Assembly: GCA_029552985.1 (NCBI GenBank)
Contig: JAKPDB010000176.1
Span: forward strand, 64,798-128,797
DNA: 64,000 bases
DNA from: a bacterium
Lineage (GTDB): Bacteria; Ratteibacteria; UBA8468; B48-G9; DTJG01
Reading direction: 5' to 3'
Below the pieces are notes generated by a model. The model saw only the letters and a list, made by a program, of their open reading frames with translations. It did no database searches and was not told where the DNA came from. This document shows, in pieces, positions 1 through 9,309 of this stretch (position 1 is its first letter; each line of letters begins with the position of its first letter). The translations under genes were made by a program, and so were the position numbers.

Positions 1-1
1 A

Positions 2-619
2 TTGTGTTATGCAAAACGAGGTTTGAAACCAGTAAAAATTGTCCTTGCTGTTCAAGAAAATTCACCTGTGAAATCCGTGAAAGATCTTAAAGGAAAAATT
101 ATTGCGACAGAACTTGTCAATCTAACCAGGGATTACCTTAAAAAACACAGGGTGAATTGCAATGTGGAATTTTCATGGGGTGCAACAGAAATAAAGGCTG
201 GCCATCTTGTTGATGCAATTGTGGAAATCACAGAAACCGGAGCAACGCTTGCATCTCATGGATTAAGAATCATTGATACCATCATGGAATCAACTCCACG
301 TTTCTTCGCTAATAAAAATTCATGGAAAAATCCCTGGAAAAGAACCAAGATGGAAAACATTTCATTACTTCTCGAAGGCGCACTGAATGCAAGCAGAAAA
401 GTTGGATTGAAGATGAATGCACAGAAAAAAGACATTCCATCGATTTTGAAAAAACTACCGGCAATTAAAAAACCCACCATTGCTCCGCTCGCAGCAAAAG
501 GATGGTATGCCCTTGAAACCATCATTGATAAAAAAGAAGCAAAGGATATCATTCCTGAACTAAAAAAACTTGGTGCGTCTGGAATAGTGGAATACAATCT
601 TAATAAGCTGATTTATTAA
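2..619 (+). CDS. hisG: ATP phosphoribosyltransferase (long form), 5' end cut by window edge
   Basis: The frame is open from base 2. The product has a HisG catalytic-domain tail (VDAIVEITETGATLASHGLRII) and a C-terminal HisG_C-like regulatory domain (LPAIKKPTIAPLAAKGWYALETII...GASGIVEYNLNKLI). Family recognised from memory. Confidence 0.8.
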   Translation: MCYAKRGLKPVKIVLAVQENSPVKSVKDLKGKIIATELVNLTRDYLKKHRVNCNVEFSWGATEIKAGHLVDAIVEITETGATLASHGLRIIDTIMESTPRFFANKNSWKNPWKRTKMENISLLLEGALNASRKVGLKMNAQKKDIPSILKKLPAIKKPTIAPLAAKGWYALETIIDKKEAKDIIPELKKLGASGIVEYNLNKLIY

Positions 620-632
620 AAGGAGAGACAAC

Positions 633-728
633 ATGCCATGTGGAAGGAAACGGAAAAGAAGAAAAATCAAAACACACAAAAGAAAAAAGAGGTTACGCGC
701 CCTTAGGCATAAGAAAAGAAAAAGATAA
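633..728 (+). CDS. Unannotated 31-aa Arg/Lys-rich peptide, bS22 / AURKAIP1-COX24-like (below the ORF-track length cutoff)
   Basis: ATG at 633 is preceded by AGGAGAG (621-627). It reads MPCGRKRKRRKIKTHKRKKRLRALRHKKRKR. TAA at 726-728 abuts the ATG (729) of the next gene. The basic composition and the ...K-x-HKRKKRL-R... pattern resemble the ~30-aa bS22-type small ribosomal proteins as I remember them. Confidence 0.55.
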   Translation: MPCGRKRKRRKIKTHKRKKRLRALRHKKRKR

Positions 729-2084
729 ATGAGAATAATCTTTTTTCTTACTACTGTGCTTTTTCTTGCGGGATGTGCTTCAGTTCCACTGGATACAACG
801 CGGGATGTGGCAAAGAAGTATTATATTCAAGGTCTTCTATATGAATCCGATGGAAATCTGTATGATGCGTTTATCATGTATCAAAAAGCACTTCTGCAAG
901 ATTCTCACAATAGTTTTCTGCTTGGAAAAACTGGTAAAATCTTGTTGAAAGAAAAAAGGTTCAAAGAAGCAGAAAAAGCATTTTTGAAAGCAATCTCTCT
1001 CAATGGAAATGAACCTGAAAACTTCCTTAATCTGGGCTTGACATATTACTATATGAAGTCCTATGATAACGCCATTAAGTGCCTGGAAAAAGGGTTGAAA
1101 ATAAAAGAATTTCCATCATATAGAATGGTCCTGTGTGATTTATATGTTTTAACCAATCGGTACGAGAAAGCCCTAGCATCTTACAAAATTTTGATTGATA
1201 AATTTCCTTCAAATTTTTTACTTTATTTCAACTCAGGTCTACTTCTGGTAAAAATGAATAAGCCAGAAGAAGCTGAAAAATATTTTCTTGAAACGATAAA
1301 ATTACAACCAGCGTTTGAAAAAAGTTATGTGGAACTGGCATCCATCTATTTGCAACGAAACGATACTGAAAATGCTCTAAAATATTATAAAAAGGCAACC
1401 GAAATATCTCCGGAAGACCCTGTACCCTATGAAAAAATGGTTGAGATTTACATGAAGCAAGGTGATTGGAATCAGGTAGAGGTAATTTTGACAAAAGCAA
1501 TCAAAGAAAATCTAAAATCCGCAATGCTCAATCAAATTGTTGGATTCATAAGTTTTCAAAACAAACAATATCAAGAGGCAGAAATTTATTATAAACGCGC
1601 ATTGATGATAAAAGAAACATCTGAAACATGGTTCAACCTTGGAGTTGTTTACGACAAAATGAATAAGAAAGATGAAATGGAAAAGTGTATTAGAAAGGCA
1701 ATACAGATGGACCCCAAAAATCATCTCGCACTTAATTATCTTGGATACTCATTACTACTTGAGGACAAAAACATTGATGAAGCGTTCGAGCTAATCCAGC
1801 AGGCAGTTCATCTTAACCCTGACAATGGTGCGTATCTTGACAGTCTTGGCTGGGCATATTATAAAAAAAACAATTATAAACTTGCAGAAAATTTTTTGCT
1901 AAAGGCGCAAAAAAAGGAATCTGATCCCGAAATCTTTGAACATCTTGGATATCTCTATTACAAAATGAAAAATCCAGTCAAGGCAATTTATTGGTGGGCA
2001 AGGGCCCAGGAATTGTCCCAGAAGCCTGAAATATCAAATATGATAGATGTGGCAAGACAGCAGTTATTGATTCACAAGCAATGA
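729..2084 (+). CDS. TPR-repeat lipoprotein
   Basis: The signal peptide has lipobox LFLAGC. The body is a run of 34-residue TPR-like units, e.g. FLNLGLTYYYMKSYDNAIKCLEKGLKI, WFNLGVVYDKMNKKDEMEKCIRKAIQMDPKN, LDSLGWAYYKKNNYKLAENFLLKAQ. Confidence 0.8.
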   Translation: MRIIFFLTTVLFLAGCASVPLDTTRDVAKKYYIQGLLYESDGNLYDAFIMYQKALLQDSHNSFLLGKTGKILLKEKRFKEAEKAFLKAISLNGNEPENFLNLGLTYYYMKSYDNAIKCLEKGLKIKEFPSYRMVLCDLYVLTNRYEKALASYKILIDKFPSNFLLYFNSGLLLVKMNKPEEAEKYFLETIKLQPAFEKSYVELASIYLQRNDTENALKYYKKATEISPEDPVPYEKMVEIYMKQGDWNQVEVILTKAIKENLKSAMLNQIVGFISFQNKQYQEAEIYYKRALMIKETSETWFNLGVVYDKMNKKDEMEKCIRKAIQMDPKNHLALNYLGYSLLLEDKNIDEAFELIQQAVHLNPDNGAYLDSLGWAYYKKNNYKLAENFLLKAQKKESDPEIFEHLGYLYYKMKNPVKAIYWWARAQELSQKPEISNMIDVARQQLLIHKQ

Positions 2085-3907
2085 GCACACTTCTTGAAAA
2101 AATCAATCAATCACCTGGCGCCATAAAACAGTTTACCAGGCAACAACTGGAACAACTATCTCAGGAAATCAGGAACGAAATTATAAACGTTGTTTCCAGC
2201 AATGGTGGACACCTTGCTTCCAACCTTGGAATCGTGGAAATTACTGTTGCACTTCATTACATTCTGAATATCCCGCCTGATAGAATCATATTTGATGTCG
2301 GCCACCAGACATATTCGCACAAATTACTTACAGGAAGATTCAGTCAATTCAGTACCCTCAGAAAATACAAAGGAGTTTCAGGATTTCCAAACCCCGAAGA
2401 GAGCGAAACAGACCTGTTTTTAATAGGGCACGCGGGCACAGCAATCTCAGCAGCTCTGGGTCTTCAGACCATTGAAGAAAGAAATAAAGGGAAAACGAAA
2501 ACAGTGGTTGTGATTGGAGATGGTAGTTTGACAAATGGAGTAACATTTGAAGGACTGAATAATTTGGGTTCATCCGGGAAAGATATTCTTGTTATACTCA
2601 ATGATAACAATTTTTCAATATCAAGAACTCGCGGAGCTTTATCTTATTATCTGACAAAACTGGTTACCATGCCCGCACTGATAAAATCGAAAGAAGAGAT
2701 AAAAGAAATTATTGAAAAAATTCCTGCTATAGGTGAGCAAATAGTCAAATTGAGCAAGGATCTTGAGCAAAAAACAAAGCATCTCATTATTCCTGGCGTA
2801 TTTTTTGAAAAACTCGGCATTCAATATTTCGGACCCATAGACGGAAATGACATCAATCAAATTTTAGATGTCTTACCAAATCTTTTGAACCAGCAGGGTC
2901 CAAAAATATTACACGCAATAACAAAAAAAGGGAAGGGATATATCCCGGCTGAAAAAAATCCTGAAAAGTATCATAGTATTGGACCTTTTAACATAGAAAC
3001 AGGTGAAGTTCTTATCAACACAACATCCACAGGAACGTTTGTTGGAAAAATTCTTGAAAAGTATGGAGAAAAATATGATTTTTATGTGATTACTTCTGCC
3101 ATGGAATACGGACTCGGGTTCGATGGATTTGCAAAAAAATTTCCAGATCGATTTTTTGACGTCGGTATAGCAGAAAGCCATAGCTTAATTTTTGCTGGAG
3201 GAATTGCAAAAACAGGGAAAAAAGTTTTTGTTGGAATTTACAGCACTTTTTTACAGAGAGCTTATGACCAGGTATTTCATGATGTTTGCCTTCAAAACTT
3301 ACCCGTTGTGATACTGGTTGACAGAGCCGGCATTGTATCTGGTGATGGTCCTACGCACCAGGGTATTTATGACCTTGCCTTCCTCAGAAGCATTCCTGGC
3401 ATTACAATATTTTGCCCATATTCTCTTAAAAATATCGAAGAAGTTCTCCAGCAATCTCTGAATTATCAAACACCTGTTGTAATCAGATATCCGCGCGATT
3501 TATTGCCAGAAGACGTGCAAGAGATAAAAAATAATGGTAAAATTCTTTGTCTCAGTCCAGGTTCAATGGCAGAAATTGCTTATCAGGCATGTATGTTTTT
3601 AAACCAACAAGGACTTCAAATAGATTTTATGCCTGTGAGCAGGATATGTCCGCTGGAGGAAAATGTGGAAAATATGTTACTATCGTATAAAAAAATTATA
3701 ACCTGTGAAGAAACAATGCTTGCCGGAGGTTTCGGCTCATTGATTCTTGAAATATGCAATCAAAAAAAACTGTCGCCTGAAATTTTACGAATAGGAATTC
3801 CTGACACATTTGTTGAAACAGGTTCAAGAGAAGAATTGTTGAAAAATTTCAATCTTGATAAAGGTGGTATCATAGAAAAGGTAAAAAACTTTTATGAAAA
3901 TATCTAA
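2081..3907 (+). CDS. dxs: 1-deoxy-D-xylulose-5-phosphate synthase
   Basis: 608 aa. Motifs: GGHLASNLGIVEITVALHY, GHQTYSHKLLTGR, a thiamine-diphosphate GDGSLTNG motif and transketolase-like central and C-terminal domains. ATGA overlap with the upstream gene. Confidence 0.95.
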   Translation: MSTLLEKINQSPGAIKQFTRQQLEQLSQEIRNEIINVVSSNGGHLASNLGIVEITVALHYILNIPPDRIIFDVGHQTYSHKLLTGRFSQFSTLRKYKGVSGFPNPEESETDLFLIGHAGTAISAALGLQTIEERNKGKTKTVVVIGDGSLTNGVTFEGLNNLGSSGKDILVILNDNNFSISRTRGALSYYLTKLVTMPALIKSKEEIKEIIEKIPAIGEQIVKLSKDLEQKTKHLIIPGVFFEKLGIQYFGPIDGNDINQILDVLPNLLNQQGPKILHAITKKGKGYIPAEKNPEKYHSIGPFNIETGEVLINTTSTGTFVGKILEKYGEKYDFYVITSAMEYGLGFDGFAKKFPDRFFDVGIAESHSLIFAGGIAKTGKKVFVGIYSTFLQRAYDQVFHDVCLQNLPVVILVDRAGIVSGDGPTHQGIYDLAFLRSIPGITIFCPYSLKNIEEVLQQSLNYQTPVVIRYPRDLLPEDVQEIKNNGKILCLSPGSMAEIAYQACMFLNQQGLQIDFMPVSRICPLEENVENMLLSYKKIITCEETMLAGGFGSLILEICNQKKLSPEILRIGIPDTFVETGSREELLKNFNLDKGGIIEKVKNFYENI

Positions 3908-4688
3908 CGTTTCAATAATTGAAAATCCAAAAATCCAAGATATATCTGGCATAAGAGATAATCTTGAAAAGATTATTCAACAGATGGGTGCAAAAGTTAT
4001 TCCATGTTCTATGGACACAGATATTCTTATTTCACTTGGTGGAGATGGAACTGTTCTCAAAGGATTCAAAATGTTGCCATCTTTTGATATCCCACTTCTC
4101 GGACTGAACTTCGGGAAATTTGGTTTTCTTACAATAGATTGTAAAGATATGAAAAAAGTAATGCAGAATGTATTTTCTGGGAGTTTTCGTATTTCACCTC
4201 GTATGTATCTTGAGGGAAATATTATTGCTCCACGGAATGAAATGAAATTTGCTGGAAGGGCTTTGAACGAGATGATATTATTCAGAAAAGACATAAGAAT
4301 GGTTGAATTTGAATTAACTCTTGGCTCCACAGTGTTTTATTTTAGAGCAGATGGAATGATCATTAGTACTCCGACCGGTTCCACCGCACACGCTTTCTCA
4401 GCAGGAGGACCTATCGTCTTTCCAGAATCCAGGTCAATAATAGTTGTTGCATTTGCGCCCTTTACTGCGACATGGAGAAACTGCATATATGAAGGAAGAA
4501 GGTTAACACTTAAACCATCTCGAGATTGTGACATTATTATTGATGGCCAAGAAAGAATAGACCTTCAGAAACAACAATTACTTGAAATCAAACCCGGTCA
4601 AGAATCATTCAAATTAATGGTTCCTGAAAACTGGGATTTCTGGAATACATTAAAGGAAAAATTTTCATGGGGAAAGGGATTAATCTAA
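3894..4688 (+). CDS. nadK: NAD(+) kinase
   Basis: 264 aa. GGDGT motif (ILISLGGDGTVLKG), LGLNFGKFGFL, ISTPTGSTAHAFSAGGPIV. Confidence 0.9.
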   Translation: MKISNVSIIENPKIQDISGIRDNLEKIIQQMGAKVIPCSMDTDILISLGGDGTVLKGFKMLPSFDIPLLGLNFGKFGFLTIDCKDMKKVMQNVFSGSFRISPRMYLEGNIIAPRNEMKFAGRALNEMILFRKDIRMVEFELTLGSTVFYFRADGMIISTPTGSTAHAFSAGGPIVFPESRSIIVVAFAPFTATWRNCIYEGRRLTLKPSRDCDIIIDGQERIDLQKQQLLEIKPGQESFKLMVPENWDFWNTLKEKFSWGKGLI

Positions 4689-4918
4689 AAGTTAATAAAA
4701 ACAGGTGCAAAGGGTGTGGACTGTGTATTGAGGTTTGCCCTCAAAAAATTTTAATAATATCCAGATCATTTAATAAATTTGGCTATCATTTTGTTGAAGT
4801 GGCCAATGGTGATTGCAAAGGATGTAAAAGATGTGCTATTATTTGTCCGGATGCTGCTATTGAAATTTTTCTTGAACAGGATATATTAACAAAAACAATC
4901 TACAAGGAGAATAAATGA
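4667..4918 (+). CDS. Small 2x[4Fe-4S] ferredoxin-type protein
   Basis: 83 aa with two CxxCxxCxxxCP motifs (CKGCGLCIEVCP, CKGCKRCAIICP). Confidence 0.85.
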   Translation: MGKGINLKVNKNRCKGCGLCIEVCPQKILIISRSFNKFGYHFVEVANGDCKGCKRCAIICPDAAIEIFLEQDILTKTIYKENK

Positions 4919-5724
4919 AGATTGGTGTTATTCCAGATTGCTTTAGAATGCCAATAAAACAGGCGATAAGAAAAGCAGCAGAATTAAATCTTGATGGAAT
5001 ACAGCCATATGCGACCAGAGGCGATTTGTCTCCTGAAAATTTATCCAGAACTGGAAGGGATGAGTTGAAAAAATTTGTCTCTGACCTCGGACTGGAAATA
5101 TCAGCCATTGTCGGCGACTTTGGCGGGCACGGATTCACTGATTCAAAAACTGTTGATTGGCGTGTTGAAAAAACAAAAAAGGTCATTGACCTGGCTGTTG
5201 ACATCGGAGTCAATATCGTAACAACTCACATAGGAGTGGTTCCTGAAAATACACAGGCACCTGAATGGAAGATTCTTCTACAATCGTTACCAGAAATTGG
5301 AAGTTACGCATACAACAAAGGTGTTGTCCTTGCTACTGAGACAGGTCCTGAACCAGCTGAAATTTTGAAAAAATTGCTTGATGAATTAAATAATCCTGGA
5401 ATCAAAGTAAATTATGACCCCGCAAACCTTGTGATGGTCGCAGGCGATGACCCTGTAAAAGGCGTGCTTATTTTGAAAGATTATATTGTACACACACACG
5501 CAAAAGATGGCATAAAATTGCCTGACGAAAACGGAAAAAAGAAATGGAAGGAGCTTCCTCTTGGAGAAGGAAATGTAAATTTTCCTGAATATCTGAAAAC
5601 AATGAAAGACGTTGGATATAAAGGTTTTTTTACAATTGAAAGAGAAGTTGGTGATAATCCCGAGGCAGATATTATTAAAGCAATGGATTTCCTGAGAGAC
5701 CTTGGAAGAAAATTGAACTATTAA
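4915..5724 (+). CDS. Sugar phosphate isomerase/epimerase (xylose isomerase-like TIM barrel)
   Basis: 269 aa. The family pattern is spread along the sequence (LDGIQ...VTTHIG...LATETGPEP...VNYDPANLV...HAKD...TIERE). ATGA overlap with the ferredoxin gene. Specific substrate unknown. Confidence 0.7.
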   Translation: MKIGVIPDCFRMPIKQAIRKAAELNLDGIQPYATRGDLSPENLSRTGRDELKKFVSDLGLEISAIVGDFGGHGFTDSKTVDWRVEKTKKVIDLAVDIGVNIVTTHIGVVPENTQAPEWKILLQSLPEIGSYAYNKGVVLATETGPEPAEILKKLLDELNNPGIKVNYDPANLVMVAGDDPVKGVLILKDYIVHTHAKDGIKLPDENGKKKWKELPLGEGNVNFPEYLKTMKDVGYKGFFTIEREVGDNPEADIIKAMDFLRDLGRKLNY

Positions 5725-5725
5725 T

Positions 5726-6544
5726 ATGAAAAAGATCAGAAAACCGTCTGTAAGTGGCTACTTTTACCCTGGTGATAAAAATAAACTTGTGGATAATCTG
5801 AAGCAGTATATTGTTGCTGAAGGAGAGAAAATATCTGCGATTGGTGCAATTTGTCCTCATGCAGGGTACATATATTCAGGTAAAACAGCGGGCAAAGTTT
5901 ATGGCAAAATCATACCTCCTGAAACTGTAATTATCGTGGGGCCCAATCACCATGGATATGGAGAGCCATACGCGATTGACGAGAATGATTACTGGGAAAC
6001 ACCTCTTGGTTTAGTTGAAATTGATAATGAAATAAGAAAACAGTTACTTGCACACAGCAGATACCTGCAAACAGATTCAACTGCTCACATGGCTGAACAC
6101 TCGATAGAAGTCCAGGTTCCATTCCTACAGTATATCAAGCCAGATGTGAAAATTGTTCCTGTGGTGCTCTCAAGTTATCATGATGCAAACCCCTGGTATG
6201 AAATAGGATACACAATTGGCCTTGTACTTAGTGAATGCAAGACACATATAATGGTTATCGCCAGTTCTGATTTTACCCATTATGAACCAGCAGAAGATGC
6301 GGAAAAAAAGGATAAACTTGCAATTGGAGCAATTTTACAACTTGATGCCGATAATTTCTTAACAACAGTTTCGAAAAATGATATCAGTATTTGTGGATTT
6401 GTCCCTATAGTGACTGTAATTACAGCAGCGAAAGTTCTTGGTGCCAGAAAAGGTATACTTGTTGATTATTCGCACAGTGGTCAGGTTTCAGGAGATTTCC
6501 AGCAGGTTGTTGGATACGCAGGTATTATTCTTGACAAAGATTAA
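5726..6544 (+). CDS. MEMO1-family protein (AmmeMemoRadiSam system protein B type)
   Basis: 272 aa. PSVSGYFYPGD near the N-terminus, ICPHAGYIYSG, IVGPNHHG, SSDFTHY. This is the characteristic MEMO1/dioxygenase-like motif set. Confidence 0.85.
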   Translation: MKKIRKPSVSGYFYPGDKNKLVDNLKQYIVAEGEKISAIGAICPHAGYIYSGKTAGKVYGKIIPPETVIIVGPNHHGYGEPYAIDENDYWETPLGLVEIDNEIRKQLLAHSRYLQTDSTAHMAEHSIEVQVPFLQYIKPDVKIVPVVLSSYHDANPWYEIGYTIGLVLSECKTHIMVIASSDFTHYEPAEDAEKKDKLAIGAILQLDADNFLTTVSKNDISICGFVPIVTVITAAKVLGARKGILVDYSHSGQVSGDFQQVVGYAGIILDKD

Positions 6545-6558
6545 GGTAATGTTATAAT
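6531..6558 (+). promoter_or_regulatory. Sigma70-type promoter for the riboswitch-led operon
   Basis: TTGACA (6531-6536), 16-nt spacer, TATAAT (6553-6558). It overlaps the end of the upstream CDS and lies ~15 nt before riboswitch stem P1. Confidence 0.7.
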
Positions 6559-6573
6559 TTTATTTAGAAAATT

Positions 6574-6744
6574 TCGCAGGTGCCTGTAGCGGGCCTAATA
6601 GGGAAGTCTGTGAAAATCAGACACGCTCCCGGCGCTGTGACCTGGTTCACACCCCTTGTGTGAACAACCCGGTCTGCGGTTCCACTGTCCGTAATGGATG
6701 GGAAGGATGACCAGGGCATCAGGAAGTCAGAAGACCTGCCTGCG
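6574..6744 (+). promoter_or_regulatory. Cobalamin (B12) riboswitch aptamer
   Basis: P1 pairs TCGCAGG (6574-6580) with CCTGCGA (6738-6744). Conserved core strings: AATAGGGAAGTCTGTGAAAATCAGACACGCTCCCGGCGCTGT, CCACTGTCC...GGGAAGG, and the B12-box-like AAGTCAGAAGACCTGCC. The block is GC-rich in an AT-rich genome. Confidence 0.9.
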
Positions 6745-6806
6745 AGACGGCGTAACGAATTCCTGCGGAGTTCAGGAATCGTTTAAGGGTGAAGAAATCA
6801 GGGTGC

Positions 6807-6834
6807 AGCCCGCCGAATGGCGGGCTTTACTTTT
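6807..6834 (+). terminator. Intrinsic terminator (riboswitch expression platform)
   Basis: 8-bp GC-rich stem AGCCCGCC / GGCGGGCT with a GAAT loop, then TTACTTTT. It lies between the aptamer and the RBS AAGGAGG (6846-6852). The 3' arm can alternatively pair with GCCCGC (6835-6840). Confidence 0.7.
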
Positions 6835-6856
6835 GCCCGCTTAACAAGGAGGAAGC

Positions 6857-7567
6857 ATGAAAGCAGGTGAGGGCAAAGGTTTTACCCTGATAGAGCTGCT
6901 CGTGGTAATCGCAATCATTGCGATACTGGCAGCAATGTTATTGCCAGCATTGTCAAAGGCAAGGGAAAAGTCAAGAGCTGCTGTCTGTATGGGCAATTTA
7001 AAACAAATTTACCTTGCGTTTTCCATGTATGTTCAGGATAACGACGAATTTTTTCCACCGGCCTATTACTGGTCTTTTACCGGTGAGATTGACTGGGATT
7101 TTGCGACAGATGACTGGATAAACTGGCGGCCTGGAATTATTGGAATTTATCTCAATGAACAGGTGTTTCAGTGCCCTTCAAGATTTAAACTAAAGTCCTA
7201 TGATAAACCCTTTACTGGCTATGCCTATAATGCCACATATATCGGCGGTGGATATTCTGTGTGGGATGGTCAAGCAGATTCTCCAGCAAAACTCAGTAGG
7301 ATTCAGAATCCGTCTCAAACAGTCCTTGTAGCAGATAGCGCTATATGGTCGTCATGGACCATGGAAACAATTGCAAACAATTATCTAAGAGCTCCAGGGG
7401 ACATTTATCATTTTGGTCCAAATGTGCATTTCAGGCATAATGGCAGAGCAAATGTACTTTTCTGTGATGGGCACGTCGAATCAATTGGAACAAAATATAA
7501 CATTGACCCGAACGATAATACACTGGGCGATCTTTCTAAAGACGACTCATTATATGACCTGCAATGA
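6857..7567 (+). CDS. Prepilin-type N-terminal cleavage/methylation domain protein of the H-X9-DG (DUF1559) family
   Basis: The N-terminus [32 protein letters not shown] is a class III signal with Glu at +5. The C-terminal [17 protein letters not shown] gives exactly H-X9-DG. Confidence 0.9.
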   Translation: MKAGEGKGFTLIELLVVIAIIAILAAMLLPALSKAREKSRAAVCMGNLKQIYLAFSMYVQDNDEFFPPAYYWSFTGEIDWDFATDDWINWRPGIIGIYLNEQVFQCPSRFKLKSYDKPFTGYAYNATYIGGGYSVWDGQADSPAKLSRIQNPSQTVLVADSAIWSSWTMETIANNYLRAPGDIYHFGPNVHFRHNGRANVLFCDGHVESIGTKYNIDPNDNTLGDLSKDDSLYDLQ

Positions 7568-7573
7568 AATGTA

Positions 7574-8479
7574 ATGTGCTATAATCAACTTATGAGCAAA
7601 AATTTCTATCAATTATTAACAGAAAAAAAGGTACTGGTGGCAGATGGCGCCTGGGGAACAGAAATAGCAAAAAATCAGCAGATAAAATTTGCGTATCCTG
7701 AAATATTGAATTTGACACATCCTGAAATAATAGAAAAATTGGCGGCATCCTATGTGGAAGCAGGCGCTGATATCATACTTACCAATACATTTGGAGCAAA
7801 TATTTTGAAATTAAAAAAATATGGCGCAGAGGATAGATTAAATGAAATTAACAAAAAGGGTGTTGAAATATCACTCAGGGTTGCAGGAAACAAAATTGTT
7901 CTTGCTTCAATGGGACCGACAGGGCAGCTGCTTGAACCGTATGGAAACATCCCTGAAAAGGAAATGATAAATTGCTTCGAACAACAGGCAGAGATACTTA
8001 TTAAATCTGGAGCCGATGGCATAGTGATAGAAACAATGAGCGATGTAAACGAAGCTCTATGCGCTTTAAAAGCGGTAAAAAATATTACCGATAGAACCGT
8101 AGTTGTCTGTATGACATTTAACAAAACTGTAAATGGGTATAGAACATTAATGGGAACACGTGCTGATGAATGCGCAATTCTTCTTAAAAAATATGGAGCA
8201 AGTGTCGTTGGAGCAAATTGTGGTTCAGGAATTGAAGATTTTGTATCCATCGTTAAGGAAATGAACAAAGTCAATCTACCAGTATGGGTGAAACCAAATG
8301 CTGGAATTCCAAAACTGGTAAATGGAAAAACCGTATACCCTCACACTCCTGAACACATGGCAGGTTATGTCCCTGAATTAATAAAGGTAGGTGCTTCAGT
8401 CATTGGTGGCTGCTGTGGAACAACCCCGTTGCACATTCGTGAAATAAAAAAGGCCGTTTCGATTTATTTGAAGCAATGA
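7574..8479 (+). CDS. Homocysteine S-methyltransferase domain protein (stand-alone MetH-N/MmuM-like domain)
   Basis: ~300 aa. LVADGAWGTE, ILTNTFGAN, and zinc-ligand motifs GANCGSG and IGGCCGTTPLHI. No pterin- or B12-binding domain follows. The start may be ATG 7592 (MSKNFYQLL). Confidence 0.85.
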   Translation: MCYNQLMSKNFYQLLTEKKVLVADGAWGTEIAKNQQIKFAYPEILNLTHPEIIEKLAASYVEAGADIILTNTFGANILKLKKYGAEDRLNEINKKGVEISLRVAGNKIVLASMGPTGQLLEPYGNIPEKEMINCFEQQAEILIKSGADGIVIETMSDVNEALCALKAVKNITDRTVVVCMTFNKTVNGYRTLMGTRADECAILLKKYGASVVGANCGSGIEDFVSIVKEMNKVNLPVWVKPNAGIPKLVNGKTVYPHTPEHMAGYVPELIKVGASVIGGCCGTTPLHIREIKKAVSIYLKQ

Positions 8480-9309
8480 AAAAAATTTCCTGTTTTACTA
8501 TTGTGTTAATGTTAATCCTGTTTTCGTCGCAGCAACTGTCGGGAGCAAACGAAAAATATCCTGCACGAGTAGTTTCTCTTGGTCCATATGTAACAGAAAA
8601 CCTTATCTTGCTGGGTGTGAACAAAGAAATTGTTGGTGTCACCATACATGAAAAAGAAGAAATAAAAAAAGATCGCGAAATTATTGGCACTCTGCTTGAT
8701 CCAAATCTTGAAACAATTCTGAAACTAAAGCCAGACATTGTAATAGCCAGCAAGGAAGGAAACCGCAAACAAAGTGTAGAAAAAATTCAGAAACTTGGAA
8801 TCAGGGTAGAAGTTCTTGATGAAGTGATCACGTACAATGATTTGAAAAAAAATTTTTTTACTCTTGCCAGAATATTCGGTAAAGAAAATATTGCCAGAGA
8901 TATTGTTTCAGATATAGAAAAGCAACTTAAACAATATAACAGCCAAAAACAGAAATCAAAAAAGAAAATATTCTGGCAGCTTGGAACAAAACCGCTGGTG
9001 ACTGCAGGCCGTGATACATACTACAATGAATTATCAATTTATGCAGGAGCAAAAAACATTTTCGAAGATATGAAGACCAAATATATCACAATCAATATAG
9101 AAGAAGTGGTCAAAAGAAATCCAGATATCATTATTGCCATGGGCATGGGTGAAAATGAATATGTCATCAATTTTTGGGATAAATTCAAAGATATCGAGGC
9201 AGTCAAAAGAAACAAAATTTTTCGCGTTGATGACTACATGTTTTGCAGTCCAACACCAGCAAGTTTTTTGCAATCAATAAAATTAATAACAAATTTTTTA
9301 AACAATTGA
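8476..9309 (+). CDS. ABC transporter periplasmic binding protein, BtuF/FecB-like (cobalamin/siderophore class)
   Basis: Signal peptide, then RVVSLGPYVTENLILLG...LKPDIVIAS, typical of class 8 binding proteins. Positioned directly before the FecCD permease and ATPase, downstream of a B12 riboswitch. Confidence 0.8.
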   Translation: MKKISCFTIVLMLILFSSQQLSGANEKYPARVVSLGPYVTENLILLGVNKEIVGVTIHEKEEIKKDREIIGTLLDPNLETILKLKPDIVIASKEGNRKQSVEKIQKLGIRVEVLDEVITYNDLKKNFFTLARIFGKENIARDIVSDIEKQLKQYNSQKQKSKKKIFWQLGTKPLVTAGRDTYYNELSIYAGAKNIFEDMKTKYITINIEEVVKRNPDIIIAMGMGENEYVINFWDKFKDIEAVKRNKIFRVDDYMFCSPTPASFLQSIKLITNFLNN

